Assembly: GCF_947489365.1 (NCBI RefSeq)
Contig: NZ_CANLDB010000007.1
Coordinates: 25,068-89,067 of the forward strand
Direction: 5' to 3'
DNA length: 64,000 nt
DNA from: an uncultured Nocardioides sp.
GTDB lineage: Bacteria; Actinomycetota; Actinomycetes; Propionibacteriales; Nocardioidaceae
How positions within the stretch are numbered: position 1 is the stretch's first letter; each line of letters begins with the position of its first letter. A model generated the notes under the pieces. The model was given only the letters and a program-made list of their open reading frames with translations, made no database searches and had not been told where the DNA came from. The translations under genes and the position numbers were made by a program. This document shows, piece after piece, positions 41,237 to 50,000 of this stretch.

Positions 41237-41949
41237 CGGGTGGCACCCACGTCCGTCGAGCCGACCCGGGCGGCGAGGCCGGCCCAGGCCCGGGCGAACT
41301 CCCCGTCGGGGGCGAGGCCGACGACGGCCTCGGCGTCGGCGACGGTGTCGACGTCGCGCAGGACCGGCAGGTCGGCCACCTCGACGCCCGCGGCGACGAG
41401 CGCCGCACGCGTGTCGGCGTACGTCGTGGGTGTCGACATCGGCACCGGCGCCAGGCTGGCGGCCCGGGCGGGGTCGCGCAGCGCGAGCACCCACCAGCCG
41501 CCGTCCTCGGCGGGCCCGAGGGCTGCCTCCGCGGTGTCGAGGGTCGCGGCGGCGGCGCGCAGCGCGGCCCCCGTGACCTGGGGCGTGTCCATCCCGATCT
41601 GCACCGTCGTCCCTCCCGCGCCCGACGCGTCGATCGCGTGGGCGGTGTCCTCGTGGGCGGCGGCGATCCGCTCACCCAGCTGCTCGCCGCGCTGCGGCAC
41701 CACGTGCCAGCCAGCGACGGCGGCGGTCAGCTCCTCACCGCGCACCGCCGCGGCCAGGTCCCCCTCGAGCGCGAGGTGGCAGTGCTCGGCGCCGAACGCG
41801 TCGGTCGCGGCGCGCAGGGTGTCCAGCAGCGAGGCGGCGGCCACCTCGGCGGCCTCCTCGAGGCCGATGTCGGCCCCCAGGCGCGTCTTCACGGCACCGG
41901 CCACCGGCGCCTTCGCCAGGACCAGGGCGTGGGCCTGCCACGTCGTCAT
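41233..41949 (-). CDS. DUF2064/TIGR04282-family GT-A fold protein (nucleotidyltransferase-like, Rv0540-like)
   Basis: LVLAKAPVAGAVKTRL, PQRG..LGERI..A, QIGMDTPQ, LGPAEDGGWW, LRDVDTVADA. Confidence 0.88.
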   Translation of the reverse strand: MTTWQAHALVLAKAPVAGAVKTRLGADIGLEEAAEVAAASLLDTLRAATDAFGAEHCHLALEGDLAAAVRGEELTAAVAGWHVVPQRGEQLGERIAAAHEDTAHAIDASGAGGTTVQIGMDTPQVTGAALRAAAATLDTAEAALGPAEDGGWWVLALRDPARAASLAPVPMSTPTTYADTRAALVAAGVEVADLPVLRDVDTVADAEAVVGLAPDGEFARAWAGLAARVGSTDVGATR

Positions 41950-42635
41950 GAGAGCACCTTCCAGAAATCCCGAGCCGTCCGCACCGTTCCGGTGACCGAC
42001 CCGGAGACCTTGGAGCGGGTGCCCTCGGCGCGGGGGTGGTAGCCGACGTCGTGCTCGCTCACCCGCCAACCGTGCAGGGTCACCTTCTGCAACAGCTCGA
42101 CAGGATAACCGAAGCGCCTGTCCTTCACGTCAAGGTCGAGCAACTCCTGCCGCCGGCACACCCGCATGGGGGCGATGTCGTGGGCGTCCATGCGGATGCG
42201 GCGGCGCAGCCAGGCGACGATCAGCTGGTTGCCGGCACGCGCGTGCCAGGGCCACACGCCCCGTCGTACGGGGCGGCGTCGGCCGACGGACATGTCCGCC
42301 CGGCCGGCGCGCACGTCGTCCAGCAGGACCAGCAGCTCGTCGGGGTCGAAGGACCCGTCGCCGTCCATGACGGCGAGGAACTCGCGGGTCGCCGCCTCGA
42401 CGCCGGCGTGGACGGCGGCGCCGTACCCGGGCACGGTCTCGCGGACGACGAGGGCGCCGTGCTCGGCGGCCACCGCCGCGGTGTCGTCGGTGGAGTTGTT
42501 GTCGACGACGATGACGGAGAAGGCGCCCGGGATCCGGGGCAGGAGACCGCGCAGCGCCGGGCCCTCGTCCTTGCAGGGCAGGACGAGATCGCAGCAGGGC
42601 TGCTCGCCCGACGACTGCTTCTCGGTCGACGACAT
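41946..42635 (-). CDS. GT2 polyprenyl-phosphate glycosyltransferase (Rv0539-like)
   Basis: LVLPCKDEG, VVDNNSTDDT, GYGAAVHAG, MDGDGS, YHPRAEGTRSKVSG. Start ATG 42635 follows TAGGTT-N7. Confidence 0.9.
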   Translation of the reverse strand: MSSTEKQSSGEQPCCDLVLPCKDEGPALRGLLPRIPGAFSVIVVDNNSTDDTAAVAAEHGALVVRETVPGYGAAVHAGVEAATREFLAVMDGDGSFDPDELLVLLDDVRAGRADMSVGRRRPVRRGVWPWHARAGNQLIVAWLRRRIRMDAHDIAPMRVCRRQELLDLDVKDRRFGYPVELLQKVTLHGWRVSEHDVGYHPRAEGTRSKVSGSVTGTVRTARDFWKVLS

Positions 42636-42686
42636 GAGGGACAACCTATGTCGGACGCGGTTGGAGCATCTCCTAGGCTCCCCGGC

Positions 42687-44096
42687 ATGTCGACCACCCG
42701 GCGAGCCGACGAGACCTCGACCACGCCGGAGGCGGCCTCCGCCCGGGGCGCCGCCCTCGGTCTCGGTGTGACCCTGGTCATCATGGCAGCCTCCACCGCC
42801 GTCCCGCTGCTGACGGGGTGGCAGGTGTGGACGCACTCGACGATCGAGGGTCGCGAGTTCCCGCCGCTGCACTCCCGCTGGTCGCCCAACGTCGGCCCGG
42901 GGACCATCCCCGCCGTCGTCATTGCCCTGGCCGCCCTCGTCGGCGCGCGACGGGTCGCGGAGCGGTTGTCGTGGCGTCCGCTGCTGGCCGTCGCGTTCGT
43001 CGTCGGGCTGGCCTGGATGCTGTCCCTGGCGTACGTCGACGGCTCGTCCGGGATCTCGCGGGTGCTCGGCAACCCGTACGAGTACCTCATCACCGCCCGG
43101 GAGATCGACGACATCCCGGCGATGATCGACGGGTTCACCGAGCGGATCCCGTACGCCCACCCGCAGAACTGGGTGGTCCACATCGCCGGCCACCCGCCGG
43201 GGATGTTCCTGTACTTCGTGTGGCTCGACCGCCTCGGGCTGGGTGACGACTGGACGGCCGGGATCATCGTGACCGTCGCCGCCGCCACCACTCCCCTGGC
43301 CCTGATGGTGGCGATGAGGGCGCTCGGCGCCGAGGCGATGGTGCGCCGCGCCCTGCCCTTCCTCGTGCTCGGGCCGGCCGCCCTGTTCGCCGCGGTCTCC
43401 GCCGACGCGCTCATCGCGGTCACCGCCTCCTGGGGCCTGGCCCTGATGGCGATCGCGGGCACGCGCGCCTCCCGCGGCGCGATGGCCGCCTGGGCCGTCG
43501 CGGCGGGGCTGACGCTCGGCTGGACCGTGATGACGTCCTGGGGCATCGGCCTGATCGGCATCCTCGCGCTGACGATCCTGTGGCTGACCCGGTCGTGGTG
43601 GCTGTTCCCCGTGATCGCCGCCAGCGCGCTGGTCGTGGTCCTCGTCTTCTCGTTCTACGGCTTCCACTGGTGGGAGGCCTTCCCCGTCCTGCAGGAGCGC
43701 TACTGGGACGGTCTCGCCGCCGACCGCCCCGCGGCGTACTGGATGTGGGGCAACCTCGGCGCCCTCGCGTACGCCGCCGGACCCGCCGTCGGCGCCGGCC
43801 TCGGCCGGCTCGCCACGATGCGGCCCTCGCGGTTCGACGAGGTGGCCGCCGACACGGGCACGGACCGCCGCGCGGTCGCGGTGACCGTGGCCCTGTCGCT
43901 GGCGATGACCGCCGTCGTCCTCGCCGCCGACCTGTCACGCATGAGCAAGGCCGAGGTCGAGCGGATCTGGCTGCCGTTCGTGCCGTGGCTCCTGCTCGCC
44001 ACCGCCCTGCTCCCCGCCCGCTGGCGCACGCCCCTGCTCGGGCTCGGCATGGTCGTGGCGCTCGTCGTCCAGCACCTCTTCTACACGTCCTGGTAG
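42687..44096 (+). CDS. Polytopic GT-C-type membrane glycosyltransferase (Rv0541c/MtxT-like)
   Basis: About 11-12 TM segments; EYL, HIAGHPPG, SADA, DLSRMSKAEVERIWLPF loop motifs. Start ATG 42687 follows TAGGCT-N7. Confidence 0.75.
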   Translation: MSTTRRADETSTTPEAASARGAALGLGVTLVIMAASTAVPLLTGWQVWTHSTIEGREFPPLHSRWSPNVGPGTIPAVVIALAALVGARRVAERLSWRPLLAVAFVVGLAWMLSLAYVDGSSGISRVLGNPYEYLITAREIDDIPAMIDGFTERIPYAHPQNWVVHIAGHPPGMFLYFVWLDRLGLGDDWTAGIIVTVAAATTPLALMVAMRALGAEAMVRRALPFLVLGPAALFAAVSADALIAVTASWGLALMAIAGTRASRGAMAAWAVAAGLTLGWTVMTSWGIGLIGILALTILWLTRSWWLFPVIAASALVVVLVFSFYGFHWWEAFPVLQERYWDGLAADRPAAYWMWGNLGALAYAAGPAVGAGLGRLATMRPSRFDEVAADTGTDRRAVAVTVALSLAMTAVVLAADLSRMSKAEVERIWLPFVPWLLLATALLPARWRTPLLGLGMVVALVVQHLFYTSW

Positions 44097-44175
44097 GTCG
44101 CGCGGCCCGCCGCGGTCGGTGAGTCACACGCGTCCCTCTGGGCGCGGTGGTCACTCTGGTCTCAGAAGCCTTCGG

Positions 44176-44205
44176 GGGGTTTCACCAGCCGACCCGTGAA
44201 ACCCC
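44176..44205. repeat. Third copy of the GGGGTTTCAC...GTGAAACCCC palindromic element
   Basis: 27/30 identical to 29171-29200; lies between convergent genes. Confidence 0.85.
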
Positions 44206-44261
44206 GGCCGACGCCCCACGAGCCCCAAGAAACCCACACGCCCCACGCGCCCCAGCAGCGG

Positions 44262-45305
44262 TCAGCTGCGCAGCGGCGCCGTGGCGAAGGCGGCGAGGCC
44301 CTCGGTGGGGCCGACCTGGGCGGTGAAGCCGAGGTCGGCGGCAGCGCGGGCCGGGGAGGCGACGATGTGGCGGACGTCGCCGAGGCGGTACTGGCCGGTG
44401 ACGACCGGCTCGATCCCGCTGCCGGTGCCGGCGGCGACGCGGCGGGCGACGTCGAGGATCGCCACGGGCTCCCCCGAGCACACGTTGTACGCCGCGTGGG
44501 ACTGCGTCGGCGCCTCCCGCACGGCGTCGATCGACAGCACGTTCATGCGCGCCACGTCGTCGACGTGGACGAAGTCGCGCATCTGCCCACCGTCCTCGTA
44601 GACCGTGGGGGCCTCGCCGCGCTCCAGGGCGGACCGGAACATCGCCGCCACCCCCGAGTACGGCGTGTCGCGGGGCATGCCGGGGCCGTAGACGTTGTGG
44701 TAGCGCAGCGAGACCGCCGCGGCGCCCGCCTGCCGCACCCACGCGACCGCGTAGTGCTCCTGGGCGACCTTGGACGCGGCGTAGCTGCTGCGGGGGTCGA
44801 GGCGGGCGTCCTCGTCGACGGGCTCCCACCCGAGCGGCTCGCCGCAGACGGGACAGGGGTTCTCGAAGGCCCCGCCGTCGAGGGCGTCGGTGGTGCGGGT
44901 GCCGGGCAGCTGGTGGCCGTGCGTGGCGCAGGCGTAGCGCCCCTCGCCGTACACGACCATCGAGGACGCCTGCACGAGCCGGTCGACGCCGTGCTCGGTC
45001 ATCGCCGCCATGAGGACGGCGGTGCCGAGGTCGTTGTGGCCGGCGTACTCGGGCATGTCCGCGACGGTGACCCCGGCGCCGACCATGGCCGCCTGGTGGC
45101 ACACGACGTCGATGCCGTCGAGCAGCTCGCCCCAGGCGCCGGCGTCGCGGACGTCGAGCTGGTGGACGCCCTCGGGCGCGGTGGCCGAGCCGTGGGCCGC
45201 GGGCAGCATGAGGTCCACGCCGACGACCTCGTCGCCGCGGGCGGTCAGCTGGTCGGTGATCCTCGCGCCGATGAAACCGGCGGCGCCGGTGAGCAGGACG
45301 CGCAT
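44262..45305 (-). CDS. NAD-dependent epimerase/dehydratase (extended SDR, Rv0536-like)
   Basis: VLLTGAAGFIG, CHQAAMVG, ASSMVVYGEG, YAASK, LRYHNVYGP, RDFVHV. TGATG-coupled to the phosphorylase. Confidence 0.92.
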   Translation of the reverse strand: MRVLLTGAAGFIGARITDQLTARGDEVVGVDLMLPAAHGSATAPEGVHQLDVRDAGAWGELLDGIDVVCHQAAMVGAGVTVADMPEYAGHNDLGTAVLMAAMTEHGVDRLVQASSMVVYGEGRYACATHGHQLPGTRTTDALDGGAFENPCPVCGEPLGWEPVDEDARLDPRSSYAASKVAQEHYAVAWVRQAGAAAVSLRYHNVYGPGMPRDTPYSGVAAMFRSALERGEAPTVYEDGGQMRDFVHVDDVARMNVLSIDAVREAPTQSHAAYNVCSGEPVAILDVARRVAAGTGSGIEPVVTGQYRLGDVRHIVASPARAAADLGFTAQVGPTEGLAAFATAPLRS

Positions 45306-46123
45306 CAGCGGCCCGGGATCTCGTAGGTGACGTCGACGCCGTCGGTCCAAGCGGCGCACGAGCAGCCGTCCGGGTCGGGCAGGTCGCCGATGGTGGCGCC
45401 CAGCAGCTCCTTGAGCCGCTCGATGCGCGAGGCGAAGAGCGCGAACACCTCGTCCTGGGAGACGCCCGAGCCCTCCTCGACGCCGGCGTCCATGTCGGTG
45501 ACCAGCGCGACCGCGGAGTAGCACATGGTCATCTCGCGGGCGAGGACCGCCTCGGGGTGGCCGGTCATGTTGACCAGCGTCCAGCCCTGCGCGGCGTAGT
45601 GCTGCGACTCGGCGCGGGTGGAGAAGCGGGGGCCCTCGATGACGACCATCGTGCCGCCGTGGGCGACGTCGTCGCCCTGCACGGCGGCGGAGAGCCGCGC
45701 GCAGTACGGGTCTGCGAAGGGCAGGTGCACCGCGCCGGTCTCGACGTACGACTGGGTGCGGGTGAAGGTGCGGTCGACGAGCTGGTCGGGGACGACGATG
45801 TCGCCCGGTGCCACCTCGGTGCGCAGACCGCCGACGGCGCAGGGCGCCAGCACCTGGCGGACGCCGAGGGAGCGCAGCGCCCAGAGGTTCGCGCGGTAGT
45901 TGATCGCGTGGGGCGGGTAGGCGTGGTGCTGCCCGTGGCGCGGGAGGAAGGCCGCCGACCGCCCGTTGACGGTGCCGATCGCGATCGACGACGACGGGTC
46001 GCCGTACGGCGTGGAGACGGTGTGCTCGACGGGGTCGTCCAGGAAGGAGTAGAAGCCGGTCCCGCCGATGACGGCGACGTCGGCGGTGGGCTGCACGCTG
46101 GGCTCGACGGAAGGGGTGCTCAC
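45305..46123 (-). CDS. mtnP: S-methyl-5'-thioadenosine phosphorylase
   Basis: VIGGTGFY, TPYGDPS, FLPRHG.HH.YPPH.INYRANLWAL, IEGPRFSTRAES, NMTGHPEA.LARE, LVTDMD. Start re-assigned to GTG 46123. Confidence 0.93.
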   Translation of the reverse strand: MSTPSVEPSVQPTADVAVIGGTGFYSFLDDPVEHTVSTPYGDPSSSIAIGTVNGRSAAFLPRHGQHHAYPPHAINYRANLWALRSLGVRQVLAPCAVGGLRTEVAPGDIVVPDQLVDRTFTRTQSYVETGAVHLPFADPYCARLSAAVQGDDVAHGGTMVVIEGPRFSTRAESQHYAAQGWTLVNMTGHPEAVLAREMTMCYSAVALVTDMDAGVEEGSGVSQDEVFALFASRIERLKELLGATIGDLPDPDGCSCAAWTDGVDVTYEIPGR

Positions 46124-46149
46124 GGGCGGAACTCTGCCAGCAGCGGCGC

Positions 46150-46344
46150 TCAGCGCTGGGACGCGGGCAGTCCGAGGACCTCCCACACGGCGGCCCACAC
46201 CTGCTTCGGGGGCACGCCGTCGGCCAGCGCCTGGTGGGGCGTGCGGCCGTCGAGGGCGGCGATGACGGTCCGTCCGGCCCAGAAGTCGGCGTAGCCGTCG
46301 CCCAGGGCCTCCCGCAGGCGCGCGTCCAGCTCCGTGTGCCTCAC
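46150..46344 (-). CDS. DUF3046 family small protein
   Basis: MRHTEL..RL.EALG..YA..WA...VIAALDGRT..QAL..GVPPKQVWAAVWEVLGLP. It is the 3' end of track ORF 46150..48426. Confidence 0.88.
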   Translation of the reverse strand: MRHTELDARLREALGDGYADFWAGRTVIAALDGRTPHQALADGVPPKQVWAAVWEVLGLPASQR

Positions 46345-46406
46345 GCCCGACATCTTCCCAGCCGGGGCCAGGGGCGCCCAGGGGCCGGTGTTGCGATGAT
46401 GGCCGG

Positions 46407-46916
46407 ATGCCCGGCTACGCCACCCGCTCCGCGACCGAGCGCGACCTCGCCGCGATCGCCTCGATCTACAACCACGCCGTGGAGCACAGCCACTCCACCT
46501 TCGACCTCGAACCACCGGACCTGGACTACTGGCGGGCACGCCTCGACGGTCAGCACCCCGGGGACCACCTGCTGGTCGCCGTGACCGAGGACGACGACGT
46601 GGTCGGCTACGCCTACTCCTGGTCGTTCCGCCCGCGGCCGGCGTACGACTACACCCGCGAGACCTCGATCTACCTCGACAACTCCGTGCGCGGCCAGGGG
46701 ATCGGCCGGATGCTCTACCCGGCGCTGCTGCAGACCATGGCCGTCTCCGGGGTCCACACCGCCATCGCCGCCGTCGCGCTGCCGAACCCCTCCAGCGAGC
46801 GGCTGCACGTCGCCTGCGGCTTCGAGCACGTCGGCACCTTCCGCGGCGTCGGCTGGAAGTTCGGCGGCTGGATCGACATGGCCTTCTACCAGCGGATGCT
46901 CGTGACCCTCCCCTGA
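46407..46916 (+). CDS. GNAT N-acetyltransferase (Pat/MddA family)
   Basis: IYNHAV..S.STFD..PP, FRPRPAYDYT.ETSIYL, RGQGIG..LY, VGWKFGGWID. Confidence 0.88.
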   Translation: MPGYATRSATERDLAAIASIYNHAVEHSHSTFDLEPPDLDYWRARLDGQHPGDHLLVAVTEDDDVVGYAYSWSFRPRPAYDYTRETSIYLDNSVRGQGIGRMLYPALLQTMAVSGVHTAIAAVALPNPSSERLHVACGFEHVGTFRGVGWKFGGWIDMAFYQRMLVTLP

Positions 46917-46994
46917 CCTGCGTCGACCGGAGCCGGACCGGCACGACGGGCCGGCCTGGGTACCCCCTCGGGTGCGCGGACGTCCCGGCGCGGC

Positions 46995-47016
46995 TGTCGG
47001 TGGTGTCGGAGAGGAT
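46995..47016 (+). promoter_or_regulatory. PafBC-type (RecA-NDp) promoter of lhr
   Basis: TGTCGGTG-GTGTCGGA-GAGGAT, then 6 nt to the GTG start. The -10 has one mismatch to TAnnnT. Confidence 0.7.
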
Positions 47017-47022
47017 GGTCGG

Positions 47023-50000
47023 GTGAGCGACGAGCAGGCGGCGCTGGAGGCGTTCAGCCCCGCCACGCGGACGTGGTTCGCGGCGGCGTTCGCGGAGCCC
47101 ACCCCGGCGCAGGCGGGGGCCTGGGCGGCGATCCGGAGCGGACGCCACGCCCTCGTCGTCGCCCCGACGGGGTCGGGCAAGACGCTGTCGGCGTTCCTGT
47201 GGTCGCTGGACCGCCTGCTGACCACCGCTCCTCCCGAGGAGGCGCAGCACCGCTGCCGGGTGCTGTACGTCTCCCCGCTGAAGGCGCTGGCCGTGGACGT
47301 CGAGCGCAACCTCCGCGCGCCCCTGGCGGGGATCGGCCACACCGCCGACCGCCTCGGCGAGACGCTCCGCGACGTCGCGGTGGGCCTCCGCTCCGGGGAC
47401 ACCTCGGCCGCCGACCGTCGCAGCCTCGCGAGCCGGCCGCCGGACATCCTCATCACGACGCCGGAGTCGCTGTTCCTCATGCTGACCTCGCAGGCGCGGG
47501 AGTCGCTGCGGGGCGTCGAGACCGTGGTCGTCGACGAGGTCCACGCGGTCGCCGGCACCAAGCGCGGCGCCCACCTCGCGCTCACCCTCGAGCGCCTCGA
47601 CGGGCTGCTCGAGCGGCCCGCGCAGCGCATCGGGCTGTCGGCGACGGTGCGACCCCACGAGGAGGTCGCCCGCTTCCTCGGCGGGACGGCGCCCGTCGAG
47701 GTCGTCGCCCCGCCCACGACCAAGGAGTGGGACCTCACGGTTGTCGTCCCCGTGGCCGACATGGCCCAGCCCGCGCCGTACGACGACTCGCGGCTCGCCG
47801 CGCCGCCGTCCCCGCCGCCGGCCGAGCCACCCGCGGAGGACGCGGCGCCGGCGCCCGAGGAGGACTCCGACCCGTTCGCCGACCTCTTCGGCGGCTCCGG
47901 GCCGGGCCCGGGGAGGAACGCGCCGGGCACGCCCGCCGACCCCGAGCGCTCGGGGTCGCTGTGGCCCCACGTCGAGCGCAGCGTCCACGACCTCGTCGTG
48001 GCGCACTCCTCGACGATCGTGTTCGCCAACTCCCGGCGCCTCGCGGAGCGGCTGACCGCGAAGCTCAACGAGATCGCCGCCACCGACGCGGGCCTCGCGG
48101 CCGACGACGCGGCCGACCCGGACCTCCCCGCCGCGCAGAACCCGGGGCAGTCCGGGACCGCCCCCGGCGCGGCCCCGCTGGTGGCCAAGGCGCACCACGG
48201 GTCGGTGTCGAAGGAGCAGCGCGCCGTCATCGAGGACGAGCTGAAGCGCGGCGTCCTGCCCTGCGTGGTCGCCACCTCCAGCCTGGAGCTGGGCATCGAC
48301 ATGGGCGCCGTCGACCTCGTCGTCCAGGTGGAGTCGCCGCCGTCGGTGGCCAGTGCCCTGCAGCGCGTCGGCCGCGCGGGCCACCAGGTCGGCGAGGTCT
48401 CGCGCGGCGTCCTGTACCCCAAGCACCGCGGCGACCTCGCCCAGACCGCCGTCGCCGTCCAGCGGATGCGGTCAGGCGCGATCGAGTCCATGCGGGTGCC
48501 CGCCAATCCGCTCGACGTGCTGGCCCAGCAGGTCGTCGCCATGACCGCGCTGGACGCCTGGGACGTCGAGGAGCTCTACGCGCTGGTACGCCGCAGCGCC
48601 CCGTTCTCCCAGCTGCCCCGCGGCGCCTTCGAGGCCACCCTCGACCTGCTCAGCGGGCGCTACCCGTCCGAGGAGTTCTCCGAGCTGCGCCCCCGCATCG
48701 TGTGGGACCGCGTCGCCGGCACCCTGACGGGCCGCCCCGGCGGGCAGCGGCTCGCGGTCACCAGCGGTGGCACCATCCCCGACCGCGGCATGTTCGGCGT
48801 GTTCCTCGCCGGCGGCGAGGGTCCCGGCCGCCGGGTCGGCGAGCTCGACGAGGAGATGGTCTACGAGTCCCGCGTCGGTGACGTCTTCGCCCTCGGGGCC
48901 ACCAGCTGGCGCATCGAGGACATCTCCCACGACCGCGTGCTGGTCACCCCGGCGCCGGGTGTGCCGGGCCGGTTGCCGTTCTGGCGCGGCGACTCCCTGG
49001 GCCGTCCCTCCGAGCTCGGGGAGGCGATCGGCGCCTACACCCGCGAGCTCGCCGGCATGGCGCCCGACACGGCCCGCGCACGCGCCCGGGAGAACGACCT
49101 CGACGAGTGGGCCGCCGACAACCTGGTGACCTACCTGAACGAGCAGACCGCCGCGATCCCGACGCTGCCCAGCGACCGGTCGCTCGTCGTCGAGCGGTTC
49201 CGCGACGAGCTGGGCGACTGGCGCCTGGTCCTCCACTCGCCGTACGGCACCCCCGTGCACGCCCCCTGGGCGCTCGCGATCAACGCCCGCATGCGCGAGC
49301 GGTACGGCGTCGACGGACAGGCGGTCGCCTCGGACGACGGCATCGTCATCCGGGTCCCCGACACCGACGCCGAGCCGCCCGGCGGCGACCTCGTCGTCTT
49401 CGAGCCCGACGAGATCGAGGACATCGTCACCACCGAGGTCGGCTCGTCGTCGCTGTTCGCGTCACGCTTCCGCGAGTGCGCCGCCCGGGCCCTGCTGCTC
49501 CCCCGCCGCGACCCCGGACGCCGCTCCCCGCTGTGGCAGCAGCGCCAGCGCGCCGCCCAGCTGCTCGAGGTCGCCGTCCGCTACCCGTCGTTCCCGATCG
49601 TGCTCGAGGCGGTCCGCGAGTGCCTCCAGGACGTGTACGACCTGCCCGGCCTCGTCGGGCTGATGCGCCGCGTGGACCGGCGCGAGGTGTCGGTCTCGGA
49701 CGCGGAGACGTCGTCACCGTCGCCCTTCGCGCGGACGCTGCTGTTCGGCTACGTCGCGCAGTTCGTCTACGAGGGCGACTCGCCCCTCGCCGAGCGGCGC
49801 GCCGCGGCGCTGTCCCTCGACCCCGGGCTCCTCGCCGAGCTGCTCGGCCGGGCCGAGCTCCGGGAGCTGCTGGACCCCGACGTCCTCGCCGAGGTCGAGG
49901 CCGAGCTGCAGCGGCTGGCCGAGGACCGGCGCTGCCGCGACGCCGAGGCGGTCGTCGACATGCTGCGGCTGCTGGGCCCGCTGACGCTCGAGGAGGTCGC

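Noticed and set aside
41950-42140. Slightly AT-richer codons in the 3' part of the GT2 gene (possible recombination patch)
   Set aside because: Impression by eye only; too short to support without computed codon statistics.
38880-46150. Target-site duplication or mobile-element ends around the MTX-like cluster
   Set aside because: Only a 6-bp AGCGCT is shared near both ends, which is expected by chance. No recombinase gene is present.
47760-47950. Pro/acidic low-complexity insert in Lhr, and absence of a downstream nei gene
   Set aside because: The insert is in frame and looks like a variable loop. The missing nei is a simple synteny difference that cannot be evaluated from this window.
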